A stretch of DNA of 64,000 nt from Candidatus Brocadiia bacterium (GCA_050015075.1 JBEKCB010000006.1:1-64000), one strand, 5' to 3'; shown: positions 41,986-51,994, numbered from the stretch's first letter. Program-made: numbers and translations. Notes: a model not told the origin generated them from the letters alone.

Positions 41986-42600
41986 ATGGCTGAATATCTC
42001 TACCTGGTCAGGCACGGCTCCACCGGGCCGGCGCGCGACGGCCGATATCTCGGCCGCACCGATCTTCCGTTGGACGCCGCCGGCCGGTCCCAGGTCGAGG
42101 CGCTGGCGCAGTCGCTCCGCGTGAAACGCAAGTGCGGGCGATGCGTGTGCAGCCCGCTCCAACGCGCCGCACAGACGGCCGAGATTTTGCAGTCCGCGAC
42201 CGGTTGCGTGCCCGAAACCGACCCAGACCTGCGCGAGATTGACTTCGGCCGATGGGAGGGTAAGATGTTCAACGAAATCCGCGATTCCAGCCCCGAGGAA
42301 GTCGCCCAATGGGCGCGGTTCGCGGTGGATTTCGCGTTTCCGGGCGGCGAAAGCCTGCGCGACTTTCTCGACCGGGTCCGGCGCGCGGCGGACCGGCTCG
42401 CCGCCGACGACGCGGACACCGTTCTCGCGGTCACGCATGCCGGCGTCATCAAGATCATGCTCTGCCACCTGCTCGGACTCGAGGCGCGCCGGTACGTCGC
42501 GTTCGAGATCGCGACCGCTTCACTGACGGTCGTGCGCCTGTTCGAAGGGAAAGGCGTCCTGTCGGAAATGATCCGCGTCGAGCGGCCGGAGCCGAAATGA
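41986..42600 (+). CDS. cobC: Alpha-ribazole phosphatase (histidine phosphatase)
   Basis: LVRHG, SPLQRA.QTA, LREIDFG.WEG, GGES, VTHAGVI; cob operon context. Confidence 0.85.
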   Translation: MAEYLYLVRHGSTGPARDGRYLGRTDLPLDAAGRSQVEALAQSLRVKRKCGRCVCSPLQRAAQTAEILQSATGCVPETDPDLREIDFGRWEGKMFNEIRDSSPEEVAQWARFAVDFAFPGGESLRDFLDRVRRAADRLAADDADTVLAVTHAGVIKIMLCHLLGLEARRYVAFEIATASLTVVRLFEGKGVLSEMIRVERPEPK

Positions 42601-42601
42601 C

Positions 42602-43147
42602 ATGGCGCACATTATCCTGGTGACCGGCGGCAGCCGCAGCGGCAAGAGCGCGCACGCGCTGGACATCGCGCAGCGCCTCGACGGGCCGCGCGCCTTCGTC
42701 GCCACCTGCCCGGCGCTTGACGACGAAATGCTGGCCCGCATTCAGATGCACCGGAACTCCCGCCGGCAGGCCGGCTGGCGGACGATTGAAGAAACCGACG
42801 ACCTCGCCTCCGCGCTCGCGCGGGCCGCGGATTGCCGCGTGGTGCTGGTGGATTGCCTGACGCTGTGGGTCAACAACCTGCTCTATAACGCGGAGCAGGC
42901 CGGCCGCGCGCTGGAGGAGAGCGACATTCAGAAGCACTGCGAGGCGGTGCTTCGCGCCTGCGCTCCGCTCGCGGGAACGGTCCTTTTCGTGACGAACGAA
43001 GTCGGCTGGGGAATCATCCCCGAGAACGCCTCGGCGCGCCGGTTCCGCGATCTCAGCGGCCGTTGCAATACCGTCATGGCCGCCGGCTCGGACGAAGTCA
43101 TCCTGGTCGTGTGCGGACTTCCCATCCATTTGAAGAAAGGAGACTGA
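42602..43147 (+). CDS. cobU: Adenosylcobinamide kinase / cobinamide-phosphate guanylyltransferase
   Basis: TGGSRSGKS, DDEM.ARI..H, VDCLTLWV.N, VTNEVG.G. Confidence 0.95.
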   Translation: MAHIILVTGGSRSGKSAHALDIAQRLDGPRAFVATCPALDDEMLARIQMHRNSRRQAGWRTIEETDDLASALARAADCRVVLVDCLTLWVNNLLYNAEQAGRALEESDIQKHCEAVLRACAPLAGTVLFVTNEVGWGIIPENASARRFRDLSGRCNTVMAAGSDEVILVVCGLPIHLKKGD

Positions 43148-43148
43148 C

Positions 43149-44216
43149 GTGGCGAACGTCCTGGAAGAAAGGCTCAACGGCATTCGCGAGCAGGATGCCG
43201 AGTGGCGCGCGAAGGCCCATGCGCGGCTGGAGCAGCTCACGATGCCGCACTGGGCGCTCGGCCGCCTGATGGACCTCGCCGAGGACCTGGCCGGCATGAC
43301 GCGCTCCATGAACCCGCCCGTCGCCCGGAAGACCATCGTCACGATGGCCGGCGACCACGGCGTCGTGGCCGAAGGCGTCAGCAAGTACCCGCAGGTCGTC
43401 ACGCTGGAGATGGTGCACAACTTCGTCACCGGCGGCGCCGGGATCAACGCCCTCGCGCGCGTCGTCGGGGCGCGCGTGGTCGTGGTGGACATGGGCACGG
43501 CGGGCGATCTGGCGGAACTGGCGAAGAGCGGGAAGATCCTGTCGCGGCGCATCGGATCGGGCACGCAGAACATCGCGCGCGGCCCGGCGATGAGCCGCGC
43601 CGACGCCATCCGCTGCATCGAAAACGGCATGGAACTCGCGCTCCAACTCGGCGACTCCACCGACGTCTTCGGCTCCGGCGACATGGGCATCGGCAACACG
43701 ACGCCCAGCGCCGCCATCGCGGCGGCCATCACCGGCTGCACGCCGCTGGCGGCCACCGGGCGCGGGACCGGGATTGATTCGGAGCAGCTCCGGCACAAGG
43801 TCAGCGTCGTCGAGCGCGCGCTGGAGGTGAACAAGCCTGACCCGACCGACGGGCTCGACGTGCTCGCGAAAGTCGGCGGCTTTGAGATCGGCGGCATCAC
43901 CGGGCTGATCCTCGGCGCGGCTCATCTGCGCAAGCCGGTGATTGTGGACGGCTTCATCTCGACCGCCGGCGCGCTGATCGCGCAGACGCTTTCACCGGAG
44001 GCGGCCGACTACATGATCGCCGCCCATCGCAGCGAGGAGTCCGGGCACGCGATCATGCTCCAGCATTTGAAGAAGAAGCCCCTGCTCGATCTCGGCCTGC
44101 GGCTCGGCGAGGGGACCGGCGGCGCGCTCGCCATGAACCTGGTGGAGGCGGCCGCGGCGATCCTGACCCGCGTCAGCACGTTCGACGAGGCCTCGGTCTC
44201 CAAGGCGAACGCATGA
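43149..44216 (+). CDS. cobT: Nicotinate-nucleotide--dimethylbenzimidazole phosphoribosyltransferase
   Basis: LGRL, DHGV..EGVS.YP, MGIGNTT, GGFEI, DGFI, LRLGEGTG. Confidence 0.96.
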   Translation: MANVLEERLNGIREQDAEWRAKAHARLEQLTMPHWALGRLMDLAEDLAGMTRSMNPPVARKTIVTMAGDHGVVAEGVSKYPQVVTLEMVHNFVTGGAGINALARVVGARVVVVDMGTAGDLAELAKSGKILSRRIGSGTQNIARGPAMSRADAIRCIENGMELALQLGDSTDVFGSGDMGIGNTTPSAAIAAAITGCTPLAATGRGTGIDSEQLRHKVSVVERALEVNKPDPTDGLDVLAKVGGFEIGGITGLILGAAHLRKPVIVDGFISTAGALIAQTLSPEAADYMIAAHRSEESGHAIMLQHLKKKPLLDLGLRLGEGTGGALAMNLVEAAAAILTRVSTFDEASVSKANA

Positions 44217-44971
44217 GACGCTTCATCGCGGCGATGAGATTCCTGACGGTGATCCCGTTCCCCGGAACCTGGGGCGCGGATGAAGCCTCGCTCGCCGGCA
44301 GCACGGTTTTCTTTCCCGCGGTCGGCCTGCTGATCGGGCTCGGCGCGGCGGGAATCGCCGCTTGCGCCGTCCGCTGGTTGCCGGCCGGTCCGGCGGCGGC
44401 GCTCGTCATCGTGGCGCTGCTGGCCGTCTCCGGCGGGCTTCACATGGACGGCCTTTCGGACACGGCCGACGGACTGCTGAGCGCGCGGCCGCGCGAGCGC
44501 GCGCTGGAGATCATGCGCGACAGTCACGTCGGCGCGATGGGCGTCATCGCCATCGTCTGCGCGCTGCTGCTGAAGTTCGCGGCCGTGGCGTCCCTGCCGG
44601 CGGCGGAGCTTTGGCGCACCGCCCTGCTCATGCCGGTCGCGGGCCGGGCCGCCCTCGTCGTCACGATCGCGCTGCTGCCCTATGCCCGGCCGGGAGGCGG
44701 CCTGGCCGCGCCGTTCTATCGCAACCGTTCGATGCTCGCCGCGCTGGCGGCTGAAGTCATCCTGCTCGTGACGGCGTGGCTCGTCCTCGACCTGGCCGGA
44801 CTCATCGCCGCGTGCGCCTCGCTGGCGGCGGTCCTGATCTTTGCGGTCTATACCTATCGCCGGATCGGCGGCGCGACGGGGGACACGCTCGGCGCGGCGT
44901 GCGAGATCGCCGAGCTGGTCCCGGCCATGGCCATGGCGGCCTGGTATTTTCAGGCGGGAGGCCATCCGTGA
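44213..44971 (+). CDS. cobS: Adenosylcobinamide-GDP ribazoletransferase
   Basis: FLTVIP, FPAVG, GGLHMDGLSDTADG, IMRDSHVGAMG, GG.TGDTLGA. Confidence 0.95.
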   Translation: MRRFIAAMRFLTVIPFPGTWGADEASLAGSTVFFPAVGLLIGLGAAGIAACAVRWLPAGPAAALVIVALLAVSGGLHMDGLSDTADGLLSARPRERALEIMRDSHVGAMGVIAIVCALLLKFAAVASLPAAELWRTALLMPVAGRAALVVTIALLPYARPGGGLAAPFYRNRSMLAALAAEVILLVTAWLVLDLAGLIAACASLAAVLIFAVYTYRRIGGATGDTLGAACEIAELVPAMAMAAWYFQAGGHP

Positions 44972-45894
44972 ACCGCGCGCGATATTGGATTGCGGCCGCT
45001 GCCGTTGTCGGCGCGCCGGCGGTCCTGTTTCTTTGCCTGAGCGCACGCGCTGCGCCGGCCGCTGGAGAGCCGGCCCGCAAGCCCCCTCAGCGAATCGTCT
45101 CGCTCGCGCCCAGCGTCACGGAGATGCTCTTTGCGCTCGGCCTGGGAGATCGCATCGTCGGCGCGACCGACCATTGCGACTTTCCGCCGGAGGCCAAAAA
45201 AATCCCGCGCGTCGGCGGACTCGGCCGGCCGAATGTCGAGAAGCTGCTTTCGCTCTCCCCGGATATCGTCATCGCGACTGATCTCGAGCGCAAGGACCTC
45301 GCCGAGGCGCTGCGGCGCGCCGGAATCAACGTGCTGGAGTTGAAGATCGGCAATTTCGCCGAACTCTTCGAGGCCGAGCGGAAGATCGGCGATGCCGTCG
45401 GCGAGCCGGAGGCCGCGGCCCGGCAAGTCCGTGAAATGCGGGCTCAGCTCGACGCGGCGGCGAAGCTCTCCGCGGGCGTCCCGCGCGACCGGCTGCCCAA
45501 GGTCTTCATCGAGGTCTGGTCCGATCCGCTCATCACCGCCGGAGGAAGGTCCTTTCTCGACGACGTCATCGCGCGCGCCGGCGGAGTGAATGTCGCGCAC
45601 GATCTCGTGCAGGATTATCCGACGATCAACCCCGAAAAAGTCGTCCAGTGGAACCCGGACGTGATCCTGCTCTGCTACATGACTGAAGCGAAGGACGCCG
45701 CGGCGCAGATCGCCGGCCGGATCGGCTGGGGCGGCATCAAGGCCGTGCGCGAAGGGCGGATCATCGCCGACATCTCGCCGGACGCGCTGCTGCGGCCGGG
45801 GCCGCGCCTCGTCGCCGGAGTGCTGCAGCTCGCCGAGCGGCTGCATCCGCCTCATGCCGCACAGCCCGCGCCGCGAAACCCGCCGGAGAAATGA
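44968..45894 (+). CDS. btuF: Cobalamin ABC transporter substrate-binding protein
   Basis: RIVSLAPSVTEMLFALG, CDFP, PNVEKLL.L.PD, AGG.NV, LLRPGPR; GTG start. Confidence 0.85.
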   Translation: MNRARYWIAAAAVVGAPAVLFLCLSARAAPAAGEPARKPPQRIVSLAPSVTEMLFALGLGDRIVGATDHCDFPPEAKKIPRVGGLGRPNVEKLLSLSPDIVIATDLERKDLAEALRRAGINVLELKIGNFAELFEAERKIGDAVGEPEAAARQVREMRAQLDAAAKLSAGVPRDRLPKVFIEVWSDPLITAGGRSFLDDVIARAGGVNVAHDLVQDYPTINPEKVVQWNPDVILLCYMTEAKDAAAQIAGRIGWGGIKAVREGRIIADISPDALLRPGPRLVAGVLQLAERLHPPHAAQPAPRNPPEK

Positions 45895-45901
45895 ACTCGC
45901 C

Positions 45902-46873
45902 ATGAATGCGCGACGCGGTTGGGGCATGTTCGTCATCCTGCTCGCCCTCCTGGCCGGAGCGTGCGCCTTGTCGCTCCTGGCCGGCCCGTCGTGGGTTCCG
46001 CTTTCGGAGATGCCTGAGTCAAACATCGTCCGGATGCGGGTCGCGCGCATCCTGCTGGGCATCATCGCCGGCGCGGGGCTTTCGGTCTCCGGCGTGATCT
46101 TCCAGGCGCTGCTGCGCAATCCGCTGGCGGAGCCTTACGTGCTGGGCGTCTCGTCCGGGGCCGGGCTCGGTGCGGCGGTGGCGATCGTGCTGGGTCTTAG
46201 CGGCACCGGCGTCTGGGGCGTGCCTGCCCTGGCCTTCATCGGCGCCCTGTTCACGATCCTGCTGGTTTACGGCCTCGCACGCACGTCCTCGGGCGCGGTC
46301 CCGGTGCCGACGCTCCTGCTCTCGGGCGTCATCGTCGGCGCGGTCTTGAGCAGCATCCTGATGTTCATCGTGTCCACCTCCGAAGGCGAGAAACTGCACA
46401 ACGTCATGTGGTGGCTCCTCGGAAGCCTGCAGGCGCTGGACTGGCGGCCGCTGGAGATTTCGGCCCCGCCGGTCGCGGCCGGGCTGCTGCTGGCGGTGCT
46501 CCTTTCGCGCGACCTGAACCTGATGACGCTCGGCGAGGAGCCCGCCGCGCACCTGGGACTGAACGTGGAGCAGACGAAGAAGCTGTTCTTCCTGGTGGCA
46601 TCGCTCATGACCGGCGCCACGGTGGCGGCGTGCGGGCTGATCGGCTTCGTCGGGCTGATCGTGCCGCATATCGCGCGGCTGATCATGGGGCCGGACCACC
46701 GGCGGCTGGTGCCGGCCGCGGCGCTGGCCGGGGCGACGTTTCTCGTCCTCGCCGACAGCTTCGCGCGCAGCGTGCTGCCGGTGGAAATCCCCATCGGCGT
46801 AGTCACTGCGTTCCTGGGCGGACCTTTCTTCCTGTTCATCCTGCGGCGCAGGACGTCGCCCTATTGGAGGTAG
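45902..46873 (+). CDS. btuC: Cobalamin ABC transporter permease (FecCD/BtuC)
   Basis: QALLRNPLAEPYVLGVSSGA, LGEE.A..LG, IGFVGLIVPH, EIPIG. Confidence 0.88.
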   Translation: MNARRGWGMFVILLALLAGACALSLLAGPSWVPLSEMPESNIVRMRVARILLGIIAGAGLSVSGVIFQALLRNPLAEPYVLGVSSGAGLGAAVAIVLGLSGTGVWGVPALAFIGALFTILLVYGLARTSSGAVPVPTLLLSGVIVGAVLSSILMFIVSTSEGEKLHNVMWWLLGSLQALDWRPLEISAPPVAAGLLLAVLLSRDLNLMTLGEEPAAHLGLNVEQTKKLFFLVASLMTGATVAACGLIGFVGLIVPHIARLIMGPDHRRLVPAAALAGATFLVLADSFARSVLPVEIPIGVVTAFLGGPFFLFILRRRTSPYWR

Positions 46874-46875
46874 CC

Positions 46876-47655
46876 GTGCTCTCGGTCAAGAACGTCAGCG
46901 CCGGATACGGCCGGAAGCTCGTGGTGCGCGATGTGACGATGCGCGTGGCCGAAGGCGAGTTCGTCGGGCTGATCGGCCCGAACGGCTCCGGCAAGACCAC
47001 CCTGCTGCGCGTCATCAGCGGCGTGCTGGCGCCGTCCGAGGGCGAGGTGCTGCTCCGCGACGCCCCGCTCCGGACGATCGGCAAGCGGCGGCTGGCGCAG
47101 ATGATGGCCTGCCTGCCGCAGGAGCTGGCCTCGGACCTGGCGTTCACGGTGCGGGAGATCGTGCTGATGGGGCGCTCGCCGCATCTTTCTAGGATCGGCC
47201 GCGAGACGCGGCAGGATTCCGAGGCGGCCGAGAAGGCGATGGCGCTGGCGGACATCGCGGACATCGCGGACCGTTTCATGACCGAGATCAGCGGCGGCGA
47301 GCGCCAGCGCGCGTTCATCGCGATGTGCCTGGCGCAGGAGCCGCAGATCCTGCTGCTCGACGAGCCGACGAGCCACCTGGACGTCGGCCACCAGTTGTCG
47401 CTGCTCGACCTGGTCAAGCGGCTGAACCGCCGGAGCGGAATGACCGTCGTCGCGGTCTTCCATGACCTGAACCTCGCCTCTGAGTACTGCGACCGGCTGC
47501 TGCTGCTCCACCAGGGCCGCGCCGAGGCGCTCGGCTCGCCGCAGGAAGTCCTCACGGCGGAAATCATCCGGCGGGTCTACCAGGCCAAAGTCCTCACCGA
47601 GCCGAACCTCGTCTCCGGCAAACCGCACATCGTCATCTCCGCCGGGACAGACTAA
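46876..47655 (+). CDS. btuD: Cobalamin ABC transporter ATP-binding protein
   Basis: GPNGSGKTT, ISGGERQR, LLLDEPTSHLD, HDLNLA; GTG start after GGAGG. Confidence 0.88.
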   Translation: MLSVKNVSAGYGRKLVVRDVTMRVAEGEFVGLIGPNGSGKTTLLRVISGVLAPSEGEVLLRDAPLRTIGKRRLAQMMACLPQELASDLAFTVREIVLMGRSPHLSRIGRETRQDSEAAEKAMALADIADIADRFMTEISGGERQRAFIAMCLAQEPQILLLDEPTSHLDVGHQLSLLDLVKRLNRRSGMTVVAVFHDLNLASEYCDRLLLLHQGRAEALGSPQEVLTAEIIRRVYQAKVLTEPNLVSGKPHIVISAGTD

Positions 47656-48086
47656 AGTTGCTTTCATGCCCCGGAATTATTACAAGGCGTTTCAAACACG
47701 GCTGACCAAATCGGTCCTGCGATAAACCGCTCAGAATCGTCGTTTCCGTCAGGAATATCCCCACCTACTCAATTACCCGTGTTGAATTCTCTCAACATAG
47801 GGGATTCTCCTATGTTCGTCTAGGTTTTTCCTCTATTCGGCGTCAATCAGGGTCCGTTTGGTGTAGGGGCAGCGCAACACTCCCTCATTCCGCATTAAGA
47901 CCACGATCTGCGAGATAGCACCGTGTTTATAGGCCAACACTATGGTTGTGGTGAAGGCAGCAGTCTCGGCATAGCATTTGCTGAACCAAAATTGAGCAGA
48001 TTGGCCAATCCTTACCGCCAAGGATATGGCAACATCTTGTGCGCACTGAACTTGCGCCTATTCTTTGGAAAGGGAGGATTTTGCCG

Positions 48087-48749
48087 ATGCGCAGATTATG
48101 TCTCACGCTTTCGGTTGCAGCTCTCCTCAGCCTCATTGGCCGGTCGTCGTTCGCAACAAGCATCTTCGTCGAGAGCGATGCATCAACCCTTTGTGCCGCG
48201 GTGTCCTCCGGGGTGCCGACAACCGCGGAGCTTACGAAACTCAACGGCGGAAACACGGCCGGCCTGACGTTCCACACGGTCTTTCCAGGCGCGCAAGGGA
48301 CGTTCACGCCTGTGCCGCCTGGCGCTCCGGCCGGCACTGAAGTCGTCAGCATCCCTCTCATCGTGTCGAGCGTGAGCCCGAGCGGTTTCTTCGAAGTTAC
48401 CTTTGACCTGCCGAGCGTGTTCGAGGACGTTCAACTGACAGGCGTCGCCAACGCCGACGACAAAGGCCGGGCCTTCTTGAACGGCCACGCCATTTCCCCC
48501 GCGTTGTCCGCCACCGGTCACATTGACGAATTCGATAACGTTGGTTTCTCGACCTCCGACGCCTCTTACTTCGAGCCGGGTGAAAACGTCCTGCTCATCG
48601 CCGACGACAACACAGGCGGCCCAAGTGGTGTAGCTTTTTATGCCGACATCACCTACAACACGGTTCCTGAGCCGGCGACGATGACGCTGTTCGGGCTGGG
48701 ACTTGCCGGGCTGATCGGCCGCCGGATACGCCGGAGCAGCGGCAGGTAA
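48087..48749 (+). CDS. PEP-CTERM sorting-domain surface protein
   Basis: Signal peptide; ADDKGRAFLNG...FEPGENVL beta-sandwich; C-terminal VPEPATMTLFGLGLAGLIGRRIRR. Confidence 0.9.
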   Translation: MRRLCLTLSVAALLSLIGRSSFATSIFVESDASTLCAAVSSGVPTTAELTKLNGGNTAGLTFHTVFPGAQGTFTPVPPGAPAGTEVVSIPLIVSSVSPSGFFEVTFDLPSVFEDVQLTGVANADDKGRAFLNGHAISPALSATGHIDEFDNVGFSTSDASYFEPGENVLLIADDNTGGPSGVAFYADITYNTVPEPATMTLFGLGLAGLIGRRIRRSSGR

Positions 48750-48781
48750 GCGACCTTCGTTCTTTCGATGTGCGCCTTCTC

Positions 48782-48824
48782 GCGCCGCGCGATGTTCCAC
48801 AGGAATATCGCGCGGCGCTTTTTT
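48782..48824 (+). terminator. Rho-independent terminator
   Basis: GCGCCGCGCGATGTTCC-ACA-GGAATATCGCGCGGCGC-TTTTTT. Confidence 0.8.
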
Positions 48825-49017
48825 GTCGGCGAGTATTCCGGGTAAATAATACATCTCTTGTCAACCTTGCAAAGGTTTGTATGAACCTTCGCAAGTTTTT
48901 CCATTTTGTGCCATCCTGAAGGCTGCCGCCCGTCGAGAGTCTCTCTTCGAGCCTGAGCCTCGGAGCCGCAGCGCCGAAGTTGCGGGCGAAATCCCTTCTC
49001 AGTTACAATGATGGGCG

Positions 49018-50031
49018 ATGCGGCCTCAAGTCCCTTTGGCCGAATCCGGCCTCGTTCCAGGAGACCACGGTTTGGAGCTGTTCGGCGACTTTTCGCGCGT
49101 GCTGTTGAGCATCCTCTTCGAGGCGCTCCCTTTCGTGCTCCTGGGATCCCTGGTCAGCGGGGTCATGGAGGTCTTCCTTCCGTCGGAAGTGCTGACGCGG
49201 ATCCTGCCGAAGAACCGCTTCCTGGCCACGCTCAGCGGCGCGCTGGCCGGGCTGGCGCTGCCGATGTGCGAGTGCGGCGTGATCCCGGTGATGCGCCGGC
49301 TGATCCGCAAAGGCACGCCGCTCAATGTCGCCCTGGCTTACATGCTCGCCGCGCCGGTGGTCAATCCGATCGTCATCCTCAGCACGATGGTCGCTTTTCG
49401 CTCGATGCGGCCGCTGACCGTGACGGGATTGCGCATGGGCATGGGCCTGGTCATCGCCATGATCACCAGCGGCGTCGTGACGATGTTCGCGGGAACGAAG
49501 GCGCACACGATCGAACTGAAGGCGCCGGCGGCCGCGCGGCCGTCGTGGCGGCAAGGATCGCGCGAGGCGCTCGGTCACGCGGGCCGGGACTTCATCGAGA
49601 TCGGCGCGTTCCTGGCGATCGGCGCGGCGATTTCCGCGGCGCTGAACGTCCTCGTCGAGCGCAAGATCGTCGTCCAGTTCGCCGGTCAGAACGTCATGGC
49701 GACGGTGACGATGATGGCCATGGCGCTCGTCCTGAACCTGTGCAGCGAGGCGGACGCGTTCGTGGCGTGGAGCTTCCGCGATTTCTCGATCTCCAGCCGG
49801 CTGGCGTTCCTGGTCCTCGGGCCGATACTCGACATGAAGCTCATCGCCATGTACACGCGCGTCTTCCGCCGGCGGACGATCCTGATCCTGTGCGCGTGCA
49901 GCGTGGCGCTGGTCTTCACGGCGACCATGCTGCTCAGCAACCTCTGGCCCGAACTCGCCAAGCCGAGCCCGCTGACGGACGCCGCCCGGCAGGCGCAACA
50001 GCAGCAGCCGGCGCAGAGGTTGCAGCCATGA
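49018..50031 (+). CDS. Predicted permease, DUF318/UPF0718 (YcgR-like)
   Basis: EALPFVLLG, PMCECG..P, AAPVVNP, LCSEADAF, GP..D.K; start uncertain. Confidence 0.85.
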   Translation: MRPQVPLAESGLVPGDHGLELFGDFSRVLLSILFEALPFVLLGSLVSGVMEVFLPSEVLTRILPKNRFLATLSGALAGLALPMCECGVIPVMRRLIRKGTPLNVALAYMLAAPVVNPIVILSTMVAFRSMRPLTVTGLRMGMGLVIAMITSGVVTMFAGTKAHTIELKAPAAARPSWRQGSREALGHAGRDFIEIGAFLAIGAAISAALNVLVERKIVVQFAGQNVMATVTMMAMALVLNLCSEADAFVAWSFRDFSISSRLAFLVLGPILDMKLIAMYTRVFRRRTILILCACSVALVFTATMLLSNLWPELAKPSPLTDAARQAQQQQPAQRLQP

Positions 50032-50978
50032 ACCACCATACGATCCATCGCGTCGTCGGCGCCGGCCGCGTGGCGGTCATTCTCGTCTGGGCGGTCTTCC
50101 TCGCATTCGCCTGGTATACGACGAAATACCCGCACGCGGGAAAACCCGGCCGGCTGGGGATCATCAATCCCTCGTACCGCTGGCTGAGCCTGGCGTCGGC
50201 GGCGACGTTGATCCTCGTCAGCGCCGCCCTGCTGCCGGCGCGGCGGGACGAGCATGAGCATCACCCCGGCGGCGGCTCCGACCGCGAAGGCGACCACGAT
50301 CACGAAGAGCACGAAGCCGCTTCGCCCGGCGAGCTGGTCTTCCAGGCGCTGTTCCTCGCCCCGATTGTCCTTTCCTTGTGCAGCACCGGCAGCGGGCTCA
50401 GCGGCGCCAGCCTCTCGCGGCGCGGAGTCCATGAGATCCAGTTGCCGCAACAGACTCAAATCCGCTCCGCGGCGCCGACCGCGCGCGCGCCGGCGGTCCT
50501 GGCCGAACCGATAAAGCCTGCAGGCGCGGAATCCGAGGAAGTTCAGCCGCCGTTGTCCATGGCGGACCTCTACGAATACCTGCTCACGGGCGCGCCGGCG
50601 CAGTGGGTGGGACGGCCGGTGGACGCGATCGGCCAATACTTCGTGGACGAGCGCTGCAGCGCGAACCAGTTCGTCGTGACCCGCATCGTGGTCACCTGCT
50701 GCCTGGCCGACGCTGAGGTGATCGGTGTGCGCGCCCAGTCGCCAGAGCTGTTCAAGCCAAGCGCCGCAGTGAATTCCTCTCAGAGACCGCAGGCGCCCGG
50801 CAAGCCGCTTGCTCGCGTGGCCAGGCTGGGGCCATGGATCGAAGTGCGCGGCAAGCTGCAGGCGTTGAACGACCGGTTCGGCAACCCGGCGCTCTTCATC
50901 GGTGACGCTACCGTCTCAGAAGTTCCTCCGCCCGACGATATCCTGCTCTACCCGCGCCGCCGCAAAATGCCCTGGTGA
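50028..50978 (+). CDS. DUF1980/TIGR03943 (YcgQ-like) membrane protein with a His-rich loop
   Basis: TMs, INP, EHEHH..DHDHEEHE, VTCCLADA, WIEVRG; ATGA overlap with the permease. Confidence 0.8.
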   Translation: MNHHTIHRVVGAGRVAVILVWAVFLAFAWYTTKYPHAGKPGRLGIINPSYRWLSLASAATLILVSAALLPARRDEHEHHPGGGSDREGDHDHEEHEAASPGELVFQALFLAPIVLSLCSTGSGLSGASLSRRGVHEIQLPQQTQIRSAAPTARAPAVLAEPIKPAGAESEEVQPPLSMADLYEYLLTGAPAQWVGRPVDAIGQYFVDERCSANQFVVTRIVVTCCLADAEVIGVRAQSPELFKPSAAVNSSQRPQAPGKPLARVARLGPWIEVRGKLQALNDRFGNPALFIGDATVSEVPPPDDILLYPRRRKMPW

Positions 50979-51001
50979 AAGCGGCGGCCGCAGATAGCAC
51001 G

Positions 51002-51994
51002 CTATTCAGCCGGCCGCGCGAAACTCTCCCGAAGCATCAGGGCCGCCCCGAACAGGTAAATCGGCAGCCACGGTATCCAGCTCACCACGTGGCATGCCAG
51101 CGAACGGTCCGCGGGGACCTTGAATGCAGCCAGCAGCCCGACGAACGCCACCTGCGGCAGTCCCAGGCCGGAGAGGCCGATGGGAATCATGCTCGCGACT
51201 TCCACCGCGCACATGATCCAGAGGATGCGGACATACCAAACCTCATTGAGGCCGACGCCCTCCGCGCCTATGGCGATCAGGCAGAACAGAGGGCCGAAGT
51301 TCGCCACGAACATCCGCGCGACGTTGGCCGCGAGCGCGCCCAGCAGGCTCGGCCCGTGCGAGCGATAGGTCTCCAGCGATTCCAGGATTTTTCGCAGCGC
51401 GTCGTGCAGCCGATGCGGCATCAGGCCATGAAGCGACTGCACGTGAAAACGCTTGAGCCGGCCGGTGAGCCCCGTGGCGAGCATCAGCAACAAGATCAGC
51501 GTCGGGAGAGCCCCAATGATGAGCAGCGGCACGATCCAGGCGCGATGCTCCTGCGCGGCCTGCACGTCCAATGCCAGCGCCAGCGCGCCGACGCCGCAGA
51601 TCGCGACGACCTTCAGCGCCGCATTGAGCGACAGCGCCACGAACATCTGCGCGTGCAGCTTGTCCGGCCGCGCCAGCCGGTACCACGCCACCGCGCCGCC
51701 GCCCACCGTGCCCGGCAGGAACAGCGATACGAAGTTGACGACAAGCGTCGTCCTCGCCACGGCCCACCAGCCGCCGCTGAACCCGACGGGCCGGACCAGC
51801 AAGTAGAGCTTGAGCGCGTCGAGCATGATCGCGCAGACGGCGACCGGCACGGCGGCGAGCACCCACAGGTATTCCGCGCCGGCGAGCGCCGACCAGAGCC
51901 GCGAAGGCTTGGCGATGACGACCAGGCCGGCGATCATCGCCAGCACGAGGACCAGGCGCAGCCACCAGCCGACGCGCTGCCATGTCCAGCTCAC
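51002..51994 (-). CDS. UPF0104 / lysylphosphatidylglycerol-synthase-TM flippase-like protein
   Basis: Multi-TM; FLPGTVGG, IPIGLSGLG; GTG start overlapping the GT stop. Confidence 0.75.
   Translation of the reverse strand: MSWTWQRVGWWLRLVLVLAMIAGLVVIAKPSRLWSALAGAEYLWVLAAVPVAVCAIMLDALKLYLLVRPVGFSGGWWAVARTTLVVNFVSLFLPGTVGGGAVAWYRLARPDKLHAQMFVALSLNAALKVVAICGVGALALALDVQAAQEHRAWIVPLLIIGALPTLILLLMLATGLTGRLKRFHVQSLHGLMPHRLHDALRKILESLETYRSHGPSLLGALAANVARMFVANFGPLFCLIAIGAEGVGLNEVWYVRILWIMCAVEVASMIPIGLSGLGLPQVAFVGLLAAFKVPADRSLACHVVSWIPWLPIYLFGAALMLRESFARPAE

Noticed and set aside
49008-50027. N-terminal half of the 656-aa ORF
   Set aside because: Alternative frame over the DUF318 permease; the real gene most likely starts at ATG 50028.
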